Source of the DNA: Ignicoccus pacificus DSM 13166
GTDB taxonomy: Archaea; Thermoproteota; Thermoprotei_A; Sulfolobales; Ignicoccaceae
Direction of reading: 5' to 3'
DNA: 32,000 nucleotides
Assembly: GCA_025340205.1 (NCBI GenBank)
Contig: CP006868.1
Span: 1,350,001 to 1,382,000 of the forward strand
Shown: positions 15,582-23,905 of the stretch, one piece after another
Position numbering within the stretch: the stretch's first letter is position 1
How the letters are laid out: each line of letters opens with the position of its first letter
Notes under the pieces: model-generated
What the model was told of the DNA's origin: nothing
Seen by the model: the letters and a program-made list of their open reading frames with translations, nothing else
Database searches by the model: none
Translations under genes and position numbers: made by a program

Positions 15582-17568
15582 GATAAAGGGAGCCGTCCTC
15601 CAGGGCCTTTGCCCTCCACTTTGGAGGTATCAGTATTGTCGTGTCGTAGTCCACTACCAAGGCTGGCCCTTCTACCTCTCCCTCGTAGAACCTCTTGTAG
15701 ACCTTGCCCTTAACCCATCCCTCTCCTAGGACCCACATCTCAGTCTCCCCGACCTCCTCAGGTCTTACCCTCTTCGGAACCAAGTTGATCGGCTTTATCT
15801 TGTGTATAGCTGTAACCCTTATCGTCTCCACCACTATCTCGTCCTCCAGCGTGAAGCCGTATCTCCTCTCGTGAAGCTCCTCAAAGGCCCTAGCTACCTT
15901 CGAGGGGTCGTAGGGCCTCGGCACCTCCACCTCAAGGGTCCACCCTTGACCTTGGTACCTAACCTCCGCTGTTCTCTTTATCAAATCAACCTCTAAGCCG
16001 GCCTCCGAGAGCCTCTCCCTCGCTTCAGCCTCGAGCTCTAAGTATAGAGGCTCTAGGTCCTCCTTCACGTTCTTCACCGCAGTCTTTGAGAGTATATACT
16101 TTGCGTCAGTGTTGAGCATTCCTAAAGCCGTGAACACGCCCGCTCCGGGAGGGATCAAGACCTCCTTCATCCCAAGGTAGGAGGCCAGCTCCGGACCGTG
16201 AAGGGGCCCCATTCCTCCGTAGGCCACCATGACCATGTCCGCCGGATCCAGCCCCCTCTCCACGGTGACTATCCTTATCGCCCTAGCCATCTCCTCCGTT
16301 ATCCCCTCTATTACTGCCTTAGCGACGTCCATAGCGTTTGAATTTAGCTTGTAAGCCAGTTTAGCGTAAGCAATCATAGCCAAGTCCTTCCTGAGCTTCA
16401 AGCCGGAAGGAAGCTCCTCTGGAAGCCTTCCTAAAATCAAGTCGGCGTCCGTTACCGTGGGCTCCTCCCCTCCTAAGCCGTAGCAAGCTGGTCCGGGACT
16501 AGCTCCGGCTGAAATGGGCCCTACTCTCAGCACGCCTTCCTCGGCCCAGGCTATCGTTCCTCCTCCGGCTGAGACCTCAGCCAAGTCTACGAAGGGATAC
16601 CTTATCGGGTAGCCGGAGCCCTTTACAAGCCTTCCGGCGTGAACCTCCCCTCCCACCTCGTACTCATAGGTAAGCATGGGTTCTCCCTTCATCGCCACCG
16701 CGGCCTTAGCTGTGGTCCCTCCCATGTCGAAGGCCAGTATCTCCTCCACTCCCAACCTCTCGGAGTACTTCGCAGCGCCGACCGCTCCTCCGGCAGGACC
16801 GCTCTCCACCAATTGACCGGGCCTCCTTATCGCCTCCTCCACGCTTATGAGGCCTCCAGAGGAGGAGACGATGAAAAGGGGAGCCTCTATTCCTAACTCC
16901 CTAAGCTCGTTCTCAAGTCTCATGATATAGCTAGCTACTAAGGGCTTGAGGGCTGCGTTAATTATTGTGGTACTGAACCTCTCGTACTCCCTCCTCTCCA
17001 TTACTGACTCGTAGGAGGTCACGACTACAAAGCCTGCTTTCTCCAATATCTCCTTCACCTTCTTCTCATTGGAAGGATTAGCGTAGCTGTGGAGGAAGCA
17101 TACGGCTACTACTCCCTCGAGCTGGGGGATTAGATCGAGGATCTCCTTTTCGTTTACCCCTTTCAAGACCTCTCCGGTGTGAGTAGTTCTCTCCTCCACG
17201 CCGAAGCGCAGCTCCGGGGGAACCAAGGGCTTGGGCTTTCTCCCAACGAAGTCATAGAGCTTGGGCCTCTTCTGCCTCTGAATTTCAATTACGTCCTCGA
17301 AGCCCTTGGTAGTTATTAGGCTCACCTTAGCAGGCTTGAGCTTCTTCTGTCCCAAGAACGCATTTGTAGCTATGGTAGTAGCATGGATGACCAAACCTAT
17401 TTCTTTGGGATCTATCCCCTCCTCTAAGAACTTCTTGATAGCGTTGATCACTCCCCTTTCGGGAGCGTCTGGGACTGAGAGTACCTTCACCCTCCTGAAC
17501 TCTCCCGAGGTGTGGACGGCAAAGAGGTCAGTAAAGGTACCCCCTACGTCTACCGCTACCCTCCACAA
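15568..17568 (-). CDS. Hydantoinase/oxoprolinase family protein, A-subunit type (HyuA-like)
   Basis: The N-terminal VAVDVGGTFTDL and the later AFDMGGTTAK are ASKHA-fold phosphate-binding motifs typical of N-methylhydantoinase A / oxoprolinase. Size is 666 aa with a TTG start. No B subunit lies nearby. Confidence 0.85.
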   Translation of the reverse strand: MWRVAVDVGGTFTDLFAVHTSGEFRRVKVLSVPDAPERGVINAIKKFLEEGIDPKEIGLVIHATTIATNAFLGQKKLKPAKVSLITTKGFEDVIEIQRQKRPKLYDFVGRKPKPLVPPELRFGVEERTTHTGEVLKGVNEKEILDLIPQLEGVVAVCFLHSYANPSNEKKVKEILEKAGFVVVTSYESVMERREYERFSTTIINAALKPLVASYIMRLENELRELGIEAPLFIVSSSGGLISVEEAIRRPGQLVESGPAGGAVGAAKYSERLGVEEILAFDMGGTTAKAAVAMKGEPMLTYEYEVGGEVHAGRLVKGSGYPIRYPFVDLAEVSAGGGTIAWAEEGVLRVGPISAGASPGPACYGLGGEEPTVTDADLILGRLPEELPSGLKLRKDLAMIAYAKLAYKLNSNAMDVAKAVIEGITEEMARAIRIVTVERGLDPADMVMVAYGGMGPLHGPELASYLGMKEVLIPPGAGVFTALGMLNTDAKYILSKTAVKNVKEDLEPLYLELEAEARERLSEAGLEVDLIKRTAEVRYQGQGWTLEVEVPRPYDPSKVARAFEELHERRYGFTLEDEIVVETIRVTAIHKIKPINLVPKRVRPEEVGETEMWVLGEGWVKGKVYKRFYEGEVEGPALVVDYDTTILIPPKWRAKALEDGSLYLKRS

Positions 17569-17573
17569 AACTA

Positions 17574-18905
17574 CTACCTAGGAATGCTCTTAGAGAGGGC
17601 TTTTTCGGCTATACCGTTGTACTCGTAAATGATCTCAATCTCTCCCATGCTGTCCTTCAAGGAGAACACGTCCACCACCGCCCTCAGCAACTGGAGATCT
17701 CCTCTCTCAGCAGCTTCCTTCACCTTTAGTATAACATCCTTCAACGTCTTCTTAACTATCGCAGAGGCCATCTTCTCCAGTACGGGATGATACTCCTCGG
17801 GAACCTTCCTCTTCGCCCTGTTCACCTCCTGATCCTTAACTCTCTCCATCTTCTCCATGAGCTCCCTCATTATCTTATCGGCTAACATCCTCTGAGTGAG
17901 TCTCACGAACTTGTCTATCTCCTCCTCGATTATCTCCTCAGCGTGCTTCACCTTCTTCGCCCTCTCTTCTATTCCCTTGTTGGCAACCTCCGCCACCGCA
18001 ATGATATCCTTGTAGACTACTAGGGGGTGCTCGGCTACCTTGGGATCCACGCTGGGAGGCTCAGCTATATCTATGACTACAAGCTTCTTCTTCACGTCAT
18101 TGAAGTCCTCGTAGCTAAGTACCTTCGCTCCTCCGCCGACCGCTGAGATCACGGCGTCGACCTCATTCAAGTACTTCTTTATGTCCTCCAAGGGTATTGC
18201 CTTACCTCCAACCTCTTTTGCCAAACTCTCAGCTTTGCTTAAGGTTCTATTAGCTATTATCACGTAAGCTCCCTTCTTAGCGGAGTTCTTGGCTATTATC
18301 TGACCAGCCATTCCAGCTCCAATTACCAAGATCTTCTTTCCCCTCAGTCCTTCGAGGAGCTCCTCGGCGAGGGTCACGGAAGCTGAGGGTATTCCGGTGG
18401 TGCCCTTACTTATTTGAGTTACCGTTCTGACCCTCTTGCCCACCTTTATTGCTGCCTCGAAGAGGCTCCTCATGGGCTTGCTCACGTAACCGTTCTTTAC
18501 AGCATACTCGAGGGCGTCCCTAACTTGTCTCATTATGTCCTGCTCTCCCAAAACCATGGACTCGAGGCCGGAGGCAACTCTGAACAAGTGCCTTAAGGCA
18601 TCCACGTTCATCCTGACGTTGAACTTCTCATCGGGAATGGGGACTCCAGCCCTCGCCTCAATTATGCTCTTGAGGGATTCTATGGTAGCTTTCTTGTTAG
18701 TCGTAATAGCGTAAACCTCGAAGCGGTTACAAGTTTGGAGAACCACAACCTCCCTTATGGCAGGAACTCTCATTATAGCGGAGTAAGCGGCTTCGAGGGA
18801 AGGGAAGTTGGTCTTCTCAACCAACTCCTTCCCGGCCCTCTTGTAGTCGACACCGACCATAATTAGGTCATCAACGAACATGGGGGTCCGGTAGGAGGCC
18901 GGCAC
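17574..18905 (-). CDS. hemA: Glutamyl-tRNA reductase
   Basis: The catalytic-Cys motif is LQTCNRFEVY. The NADPH-binding motif is VIGAGMAGQ, followed by NRTLSKAE. Size is 443 aa. The start is either GTG 18905 or ATG 18881. The stop lies 5 nt from the hyuA-like start. Confidence 0.9.
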   Translation of the reverse strand: MPASYRTPMFVDDLIMVGVDYKRAGKELVEKTNFPSLEAAYSAIMRVPAIREVVVLQTCNRFEVYAITTNKKATIESLKSIIEARAGVPIPDEKFNVRMNVDALRHLFRVASGLESMVLGEQDIMRQVRDALEYAVKNGYVSKPMRSLFEAAIKVGKRVRTVTQISKGTTGIPSASVTLAEELLEGLRGKKILVIGAGMAGQIIAKNSAKKGAYVIIANRTLSKAESLAKEVGGKAIPLEDIKKYLNEVDAVISAVGGGAKVLSYEDFNDVKKKLVVIDIAEPPSVDPKVAEHPLVVYKDIIAVAEVANKGIEERAKKVKHAEEIIEEEIDKFVRLTQRMLADKIMRELMEKMERVKDQEVNRAKRKVPEEYHPVLEKMASAIVKKTLKDVILKVKEAAERGDLQLLRAVVDVFSLKDSMGEIEIIYEYNGIAEKALSKSIPR

Positions 18906-18991
18906 AGCTTAACCCTCCTTGCACTTTCATGAATCCTTCACAAGACCAAATTATATAGTTTTGAAACCCACTCCGAACCGGGGAGGTAGGC

Positions 18992-19102
18992 ATGGACTTC
19001 TGGCAGTGGCTCCAAGCTCACCCCTTGCTCTTCTGGCTACTCGTCCTGACCATACTGGCTCACGTGGTGCTGACCGCTGCTCTAGTCATGGGAATCACGT
19101 GA
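18992..19102 (+). CDS. Candidate 36-aa single-TM micro-protein (MDFWQWLQAHPLLFWLLVLTILAHVVLTAALVMGIT)
   Basis: It is not in the ORF track because it is under 60 aa. The ATG is preceded by GGAGGT (18982..18987). TTATATA lies at 18951..18957, about 38 nt upstream. The stop is followed immediately by a T5 run (19103..19107). The peptide is a clean hydrophobic helix. Confidence 0.35.
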   Translation: MDFWQWLQAHPLLFWLLVLTILAHVVLTAALVMGIT

Positions 19103-19149
19103 TTTTTGCGGGGATGAAGATCGAATCCCGGAGAGAGCGGTGATCGCCT

Positions 19150-20997
19150 CTACCGCTTCTCTGACTCCAAGCATTTTACCTTAACCCTAACGGCCTTGTA
19201 CATAGGAGTTCCAGCCGGGTCTCTCGGTTCGAAGGGAACCAAGGAGTTTATTCTGAGCCCTACGTGATTGAAGAACACTATTACCACTCCCTTCGGCACT
19301 CTAGTTGTAGTCACCGCATCTCCTTCTATGCACTCTCCGGTGAATTCGGAGCACAGCTTGGCTCTCTTACACCCCTCGAACTCCTCCAAGTTCAAGTAAA
19401 TAGCTTCCCTCATCTTCCTCCTCTCGGACTTAGGGTCCGCTCCCTTGGTCGTCCACAGGGCCGGGTCCCTAGCGGTGTAGAGCCAATGTCCCTCCACCTC
19501 GTGCTCTACCATTACCTCAATAGGAGATACCTCCACCCTCTTCCAAGAGGAGGGCTTGTCTAGGTACTGATCCTCCCCATAGTAGAGCCTCTCCACGTCT
19601 ATTTTCCTATAATAAGGTATAGCTGAGAACGCTTCTTCTGTCGTCTCCTTCACGTCTTCAACACTTAGGTTTAGATATTCAGCCAATATCTTGAAGAATT
19701 TAAAGGCCAGGTTTTCCCCATTGGTTATTGCATATACCATTCCATCTCCGCGGGTAACTGTTCCGAAGGTGCGGATGACCGGGGAAGAGGGAACTATAAG
19801 GTCAGCGAACAAGGAGGTCTCGGTGAACTTGGGAGTTACTTGGATTACCTTAGAGGAGTTGAGTTTCCTCGTTACCTCCATCGAGTTGGGAATGGAAGCT
19901 ACTACGTTCTGACAATGGATCAAGTAAGTAGAATAAGGGTACTCGAAGGCTTGGACAAGGTCGTGTCCCCTCTCCCTCGGGACGGGGAAGCCCCAGAGCT
20001 CCTCCAGCTCCTTGGGAGGTAAGGGAGGGAAGGGGTTGAGGCCCATGTCCCCAGCTCCCTGAACGTTCACCTTCCCTCTGAGCGTCATGACCTTTCCTCC
20101 CTTCATCATTATCGCTTGGATCAGCCTCAGTATCGCTTGGTAGCCGTAGCCCGATTGAGTAACTCCCATGCCGTGGACCAAGTAAGGCCTCTCGAGACTC
20201 TTCCAGAGCTCCTTTACTTCCTCGACCTCGATCCAAGCGTTCACCCAAGGCTCCGGCTCCTTTCCTACCTCAATCGAGTAAACGACCTCGGAGAAGGCGG
20301 CGAAGCCTGGGCCGGGAGGAATTATCAACGAATCCGTAGATTGTCTCATGGTGAAGCTCTCCCAAGCGTCAACTACCACTATCCTCTCCGCCCTGGCCCT
20401 AATCTCTTGCCAAAGGACGGGATAGGTAATGGCTACGTCGCTCCCTACTATGAGGGCCTCCTTTGGTCTCTCCCCGAGCTTAAAGTCAGTTAAGGGAACT
20501 CCGAAAACGGTTCGATAGACCTCAACGGAGGCGGCATGGCAGACTCTGCCACAATGATCGATATCATTAGTACCCAAATACCTAGCCAACTTCTGGAGGA
20601 TCCAAGCGCTCTCGTTTGTATCCTCAGCCGAGCCGACGAAGTAGGTCTTCTCCCTTATCCACTCTGAGGCCTTTTCAGCAGCCTCGTCCAAGCTTATCTC
20701 ATGGTATAAGTCCCCTTCTAGGAGAAGGGGTTTGGTCACGATATTTCTTTTATAATATTCAAAGGCACCCAATCCCTTAGGACAGAAGGGCCCCAAGGGC
20801 CTCCCGCTCAGATCGAACTTACACCCGACGCCGCAGAAAGGGCATGGAACGCTCAGTACCGCCCCCCGAGTCCTACTCCTTCCGGTTAAATTGATCCGTC
20901 CGTCTTCTGAACCTATGGTAATACCCGTGGCTCCTTCCTCCAAGGACTTATGACTAACAAGGTAATACCGTTCTTCGGTCCTAACGCACCCTAACAC
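19150..20997 (-). CDS. Molybdopterin (bis-MGD) oxidoreductase, formate dehydrogenase alpha / FwdB-like with C-terminal MGD-binding barrel
   Basis: The N-terminal Fe-S motif is CPFCGVGCKF. The Mo-ligand block is HCGRVCHAAS, of the Cys-His type found in FDH/Fwd enzymes where Sec or Cys is used. The C-terminus GVVIVFFNH...MYKAVRVKV resembles the molydopterin dinucleotide-binding domain. There is no ATG near the N-terminus, so the start (GTG 20997) is uncertain. Confidence 0.8.
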   Translation of the reverse strand: MLGCVRTEERYYLVSHKSLEEGATGITIGSEDGRINLTGRSRTRGAVLSVPCPFCGVGCKFDLSGRPLGPFCPKGLGAFEYYKRNIVTKPLLLEGDLYHEISLDEAAEKASEWIREKTYFVGSAEDTNESAWILQKLARYLGTNDIDHCGRVCHAASVEVYRTVFGVPLTDFKLGERPKEALIVGSDVAITYPVLWQEIRARAERIVVVDAWESFTMRQSTDSLIIPPGPGFAAFSEVVYSIEVGKEPEPWVNAWIEVEEVKELWKSLERPYLVHGMGVTQSGYGYQAILRLIQAIMMKGGKVMTLRGKVNVQGAGDMGLNPFPPLPPKELEELWGFPVPRERGHDLVQAFEYPYSTYLIHCQNVVASIPNSMEVTRKLNSSKVIQVTPKFTETSLFADLIVPSSPVIRTFGTVTRGDGMVYAITNGENLAFKFFKILAEYLNLSVEDVKETTEEAFSAIPYYRKIDVERLYYGEDQYLDKPSSWKRVEVSPIEVMVEHEVEGHWLYTARDPALWTTKGADPKSERRKMREAIYLNLEEFEGCKRAKLCSEFTGECIEGDAVTTTRVPKGVVIVFFNHVGLRINSLVPFEPRDPAGTPMYKAVRVKVKCLESEKR

Positions 20998-21099
20998 TAC
21001 GATGAGCGGAAAGGGTCACATCGATCTCAAGACATTCGGGAATTCAGCATAGTTATTTTTATCCCCCACCAAGAGTAACCATTTATTGGTGATAAGTAG

Positions 21100-22101
21100 A
21101 TGTTAGTAGTCCCCTTGAGCCCCACCTTGTGGACCCCGAAGAGGTTTAAGGAGGTAATAGCGGCTGCTCAAGGAAAGCTCAGCAACATAAAGGGCTTCCT
21201 GGAGTTCTACAGGGACATACTGGTAAAGGCCTCTCCCCCCGAGGCTGAGCCCGTAAGGCTCAGCGACATGATGGACGGAATCACCCACGTTGACAAGCTA
21301 GGAGGAAAGTACCCCAGCCTGAAGAACTTCGGAATGACCGACTTGCTCTACTACCTAAGGGTCCTCGAGGCCTTCAACGTGCTCGAGGTCGTGAGCATCG
21401 ACGAGGTACCCAACAGGCTAACGGAGATAGCCCTCAGGAGGACCCCCGTGAGCCAGTTCGTCTACGAGACCTTGAAGGACGAGCCCGCCGCTGCTCTCCT
21501 CTTCAGCTTCTACACCAACCTCATGCTCCCCACTCCCGCCAGGCACACCATGTTCGGAGTGACTCAGGTCGGAAGCTTGAGCGAGCTGGCCCTCCTCGAG
21601 AAGTTCAAGAAGGCCAACCCCTACAACCTGCTCCTAGCTAGGCAAGTGCTCAACAGAACCCCAGCCATCGAGGGAGTGGAGGGAAGGCCCTGGTACGAGC
21701 CAGTTAGCGACTTGAGCCTGATACTGACCTACTTAGGAGTCCTGCAGATGATCAAGATAAGGCCCAGTCCCGACAAGCTGGCCGGAATAAGGAACCTGAG
21801 CAAGATAAAGAAGCAGATAATACAGATGCTGGGCGACTTCGGAGACTTCGTGATCCCCAGAGGAACCCTGCTCTTGGAGTTCGAGCACCTCCTCTTCGGA
21901 AGGACCAAGGACGAGTACTGGGACTACGACTTCAGCAACCAGGTGGGCAACGCCAAGGACATAACTTGGTTCAAGAGCAAGCTGAGCTCCAGGGCCTACG
22001 GAGCGCTCGAGAAGCTTTACAACGCTCTGACCGAGAAGAAGGACGAGCTAACCGAGATAACCGACATCTACTTCAAGGAGCTCGGCTACCCGAAGCACTA
22101 A
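21100..22101 (+). CDS. Hypothetical soluble protein, 333 aa, with extreme codon optimisation
   Basis: Clean ATG ORF with a T/A-rich box (TTATTTTTAT, about 21053..21062) upstream. I recognise no motif, TM segment or signal peptide. Every Asp is GAC, every Asn is AAC, every Tyr is TAC and all but one Phe are TTC. Confidence 0.75.
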   Translation: MLVVPLSPTLWTPKRFKEVIAAAQGKLSNIKGFLEFYRDILVKASPPEAEPVRLSDMMDGITHVDKLGGKYPSLKNFGMTDLLYYLRVLEAFNVLEVVSIDEVPNRLTEIALRRTPVSQFVYETLKDEPAAALLFSFYTNLMLPTPARHTMFGVTQVGSLSELALLEKFKKANPYNLLLARQVLNRTPAIEGVEGRPWYEPVSDLSLILTYLGVLQMIKIRPSPDKLAGIRNLSKIKKQIIQMLGDFGDFVIPRGTLLLEFEHLLFGRTKDEYWDYDFSNQVGNAKDITWFKSKLSSRAYGALEKLYNALTEKKDELTEITDIYFKELGYPKH

Positions 22102-22136
22102 AACTCCCTTTTCTTCCCCAAGCTCCGGGCCTCAAG

Positions 22137-22943
22137 ATGAATTTGTTTACGATAATCGAGTGGAGCAAGCTCTTCTTAGCGCTAGGAGTCATGGCTTACG
22201 CCGCCTATCAGGATTACAAAACAAGAGAAATAGAGCCGAAGCTCTGGCTTTACGCCTCCGTAGTGGGAGCGGTTCTGACGGGGGCGGAGCTCTACCTCTT
22301 CCACCTCTACTATCCAAGAATATTCGCTTGGGCACTCATAGACATGCTGTTCTCTTTCATAGTATTCCCGTTCCTCTACTACATGTACAAGATAGCTATG
22401 CTGGGCGGGGCTGACATGTTAGCTTACCTCTTCTTGACGTTTACCTTGCCTTGGTATCCCCTCACCTTAGCAAAGGTCTGGGGGCTAAGGGCCATCTCTC
22501 CAATGCCATTCGTGGTCCTACTCTACTCCTCTATACTCGCCGTAATTGTGGGCTTGACTAGGTTAATAAGAAACTTAACCAACAAGGAGTTCTGGGAGTA
22601 CGTAAGGGAAAGGAACTTGAGCAAGGGCCAGATCCTTCACTACGCTTTGGGTGGAAGGGTGTTCAAGGCGAAGGATTACCTAAATACGAAGTTCTGGTAC
22701 TTGCTAGATAAGTTCGAGGAGGACGAGGAGGGATTGAAGAAAAGGCTGGAGAGGAGGGTAAACTTGGAAGAGGAGCCCGAGGATCATAGGAAGATGATAA
22801 GGGAGCTCATAGAGAGCGGGAAGATAGAGGAGCACGAGAAGGTAATGGCCAGCTACGGAACTCCCTTCTTGGTGTACATGTTCGGCGGATTGATACTAGC
22901 CTTGATCTTGGGAGACTTCTGGCTTAGGATTATATTTGGCTAA
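22137..22943 (+). CDS. A24-family prepilin/preflagellin peptidase (PibD/FlaK-like)
   Basis: It is polytopic. The first catalytic Asp context is AAYQDYKTREI and the second is MLGGADMLAY (GxGD-type). A cytoplasmic insert precedes the last TM, as in FlaK. I start the gene at ATG 22137. The ORF-track extension back to 21966 overlaps the preceding gene. Confidence 0.8.
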   Translation: MNLFTIIEWSKLFLALGVMAYAAYQDYKTREIEPKLWLYASVVGAVLTGAELYLFHLYYPRIFAWALIDMLFSFIVFPFLYYMYKIAMLGGADMLAYLFLTFTLPWYPLTLAKVWGLRAISPMPFVVLLYSSILAVIVGLTRLIRNLTNKEFWEYVRERNLSKGQILHYALGGRVFKAKDYLNTKFWYLLDKFEEDEEGLKKRLERRVNLEEEPEDHRKMIRELIESGKIEEHEKVMASYGTPFLVYMFGGLILALILGDFWLRIIFG

Positions 22944-23444
22944 GTACTCCCTTATCTTACTAACGGCCTTCAGGTCTTCCTCCTCCCCGTACTTCTCGGC
23001 CAGTTCTAAGTACCTCTTCGCCTCCAGCAAGTGCTCCTCCGAAAGGAATATCCTCGTGGCGTGTATCGCTGCTTCCAAGACGAAGAAGAAGGATCTAGAA
23101 GGAGGGGAAGAGGGTCTGGAGAAGGCTTTCTTGGGCTTACACCGCCCTTCCCAAGGCCCCTCTCCGCTGAGGCTAACCACTTCGCACTCTATAGCTAGAT
23201 ACCAGGAGGGCGGTCCGGGGCCTATAGGGGTCTCGATCAGATCCAAGTCCTTGGTAAGAGCAGACTCGACGTAATCTAAAGAAGAGGAAGAGGCGTAGAG
23301 CGTTAGCTTCCCGCTCTCCATCAGAGCCTTCGCAAACCTTCCCGGATAGAGCTTGAAGATCAAGAAGTTTCCTTTTGGAACCACACCCAAGGCTGAGGTC
23401 CTTCCCTCCGTTACGGCTATCATCTCGTTGTACGTTCGACGCAT
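22896..23444 (-). CDS. DUF447-like (FMN-binding split-barrel-like) protein, tentative
   Basis: The pattern NEMIAVTEG...LGVVPKGNFLIFKLYPG...LTLYAS and the C-terminal VLEAAIHATR resemble my recollection of the DUF447 N- and C-domains. ATG 23444 is preferred over TTG 23501, which would overlap the hypA start. The 3' end overlaps the peptidase gene by 48 nt. Confidence 0.4.
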   Translation of the reverse strand: MRRTYNEMIAVTEGRTSALGVVPKGNFLIFKLYPGRFAKALMESGKLTLYASSSSLDYVESALTKDLDLIETPIGPGPPSWYLAIECEVVSLSGEGPWEGRCKPKKAFSRPSSPPSRSFFFVLEAAIHATRIFLSEEHLLEAKRYLELAEKYGEEEDLKAVSKIREYLAKYNPKPEVSQDQG

Positions 23445-23488
23445 GAGATGAATAACCTCCTCCGTGGTCAGCTCAAGGGTACGAGCGC

Positions 23489-23896
23489 TTGCACGAGGCA
23501 AGCTACGCCCTTGCGATAATTGACAGCGTCCTTAATGAGCTGCGGAAGAGGGGTCTGGAAGGGGTAAAGGTAAAGAAGATATACTTGCAGATAGGAGAGT
23601 TATCGTTAATAGACAGTACTGCTTTGAAAAACGCCTTCGAGGCCTACTCCATGGGCTCCCCCTTAGAGGGGGCTGAGCTAGTAATAGAGATAGTTCCATC
23701 TAAGTTCAAGTGCAAGAAGTGCGGTCACGAGTGGGGCTTCAGGGAGGCCTTCCCTCAGCTGGAAGTGAACATCCCGGTCATTCACCTCTATCCCCATCTG
23801 GTAGCGGAGATGCTCAAGTGCCCCAAGTGCGGCAGTTCCGACATAGAAATTCTGCAGGGGGAGGAGTTCAGGATAACCAAGATAGAGTACGACTGA
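23489..23896 (+). CDS. hypA: Hydrogenase nickel-insertion protein HypA
   Basis: The N-terminus MHEASYALAIIDSV carries the MHE Ni-binding motif. The zinc site is CKKCGHEW ... CPKCGSSD. Size is 135 aa with a TTG start. Confidence 0.9.
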   Translation: MHEASYALAIIDSVLNELRKRGLEGVKVKKIYLQIGELSLIDSTALKNAFEAYSMGSPLEGAELVIEIVPSKFKCKKCGHEWGFREAFPQLEVNIPVIHLYPHLVAEMLKCPKCGSSDIEILQGEEFRITKIEYD

Positions 23897-23905
23897 GGTG
23901 GTAGC

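Noticed and set aside
19118-19129. agatcgaatccc, resembling a tRNA T-loop (TTCGAATCC)
   Set aside because: The flanking bases cannot form a T-stem, and no acceptor, D or anticodon arms can be drawn. It is not a tRNA.
18919-19143. 74-aa ORF in the hemA / Mo-enzyme spacer
   Set aside because: Its R/G/S/P-rich sequence is not protein-like and it has no upstream signals. The 36-codon ORF in another frame explains the region better.
19132-19162. 10-bp bulged hairpin (agagagcggt / accgcttctct) spanning the stop codon of the Mo-enzyme gene
   Set aside because: No T-run follows on the minus strand, so it does not fit an archaeal terminator. It could stabilise the mRNA, but there is no further support.
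19264-20493. ORFs nested in the molybdoenzyme gene: 19264..19563, 19691..19912, 19840..20022 and 20116..20493 on the + strand, and 19850..20248 in an alternative frame on the - strand
   Set aside because: They are antisense or alternative-frame shadows of the 615-aa gene. The main frame carries the Fe-S and Mo-ligand motifs.
21966-22136. N-terminal 57-codon extension of the prepilin peptidase ORF
   Set aside because: It overlaps the 3' end of the strongly coding 333-aa gene in another frame and is R/E/Q-rich. The first TM helix starts right after ATG 22137.
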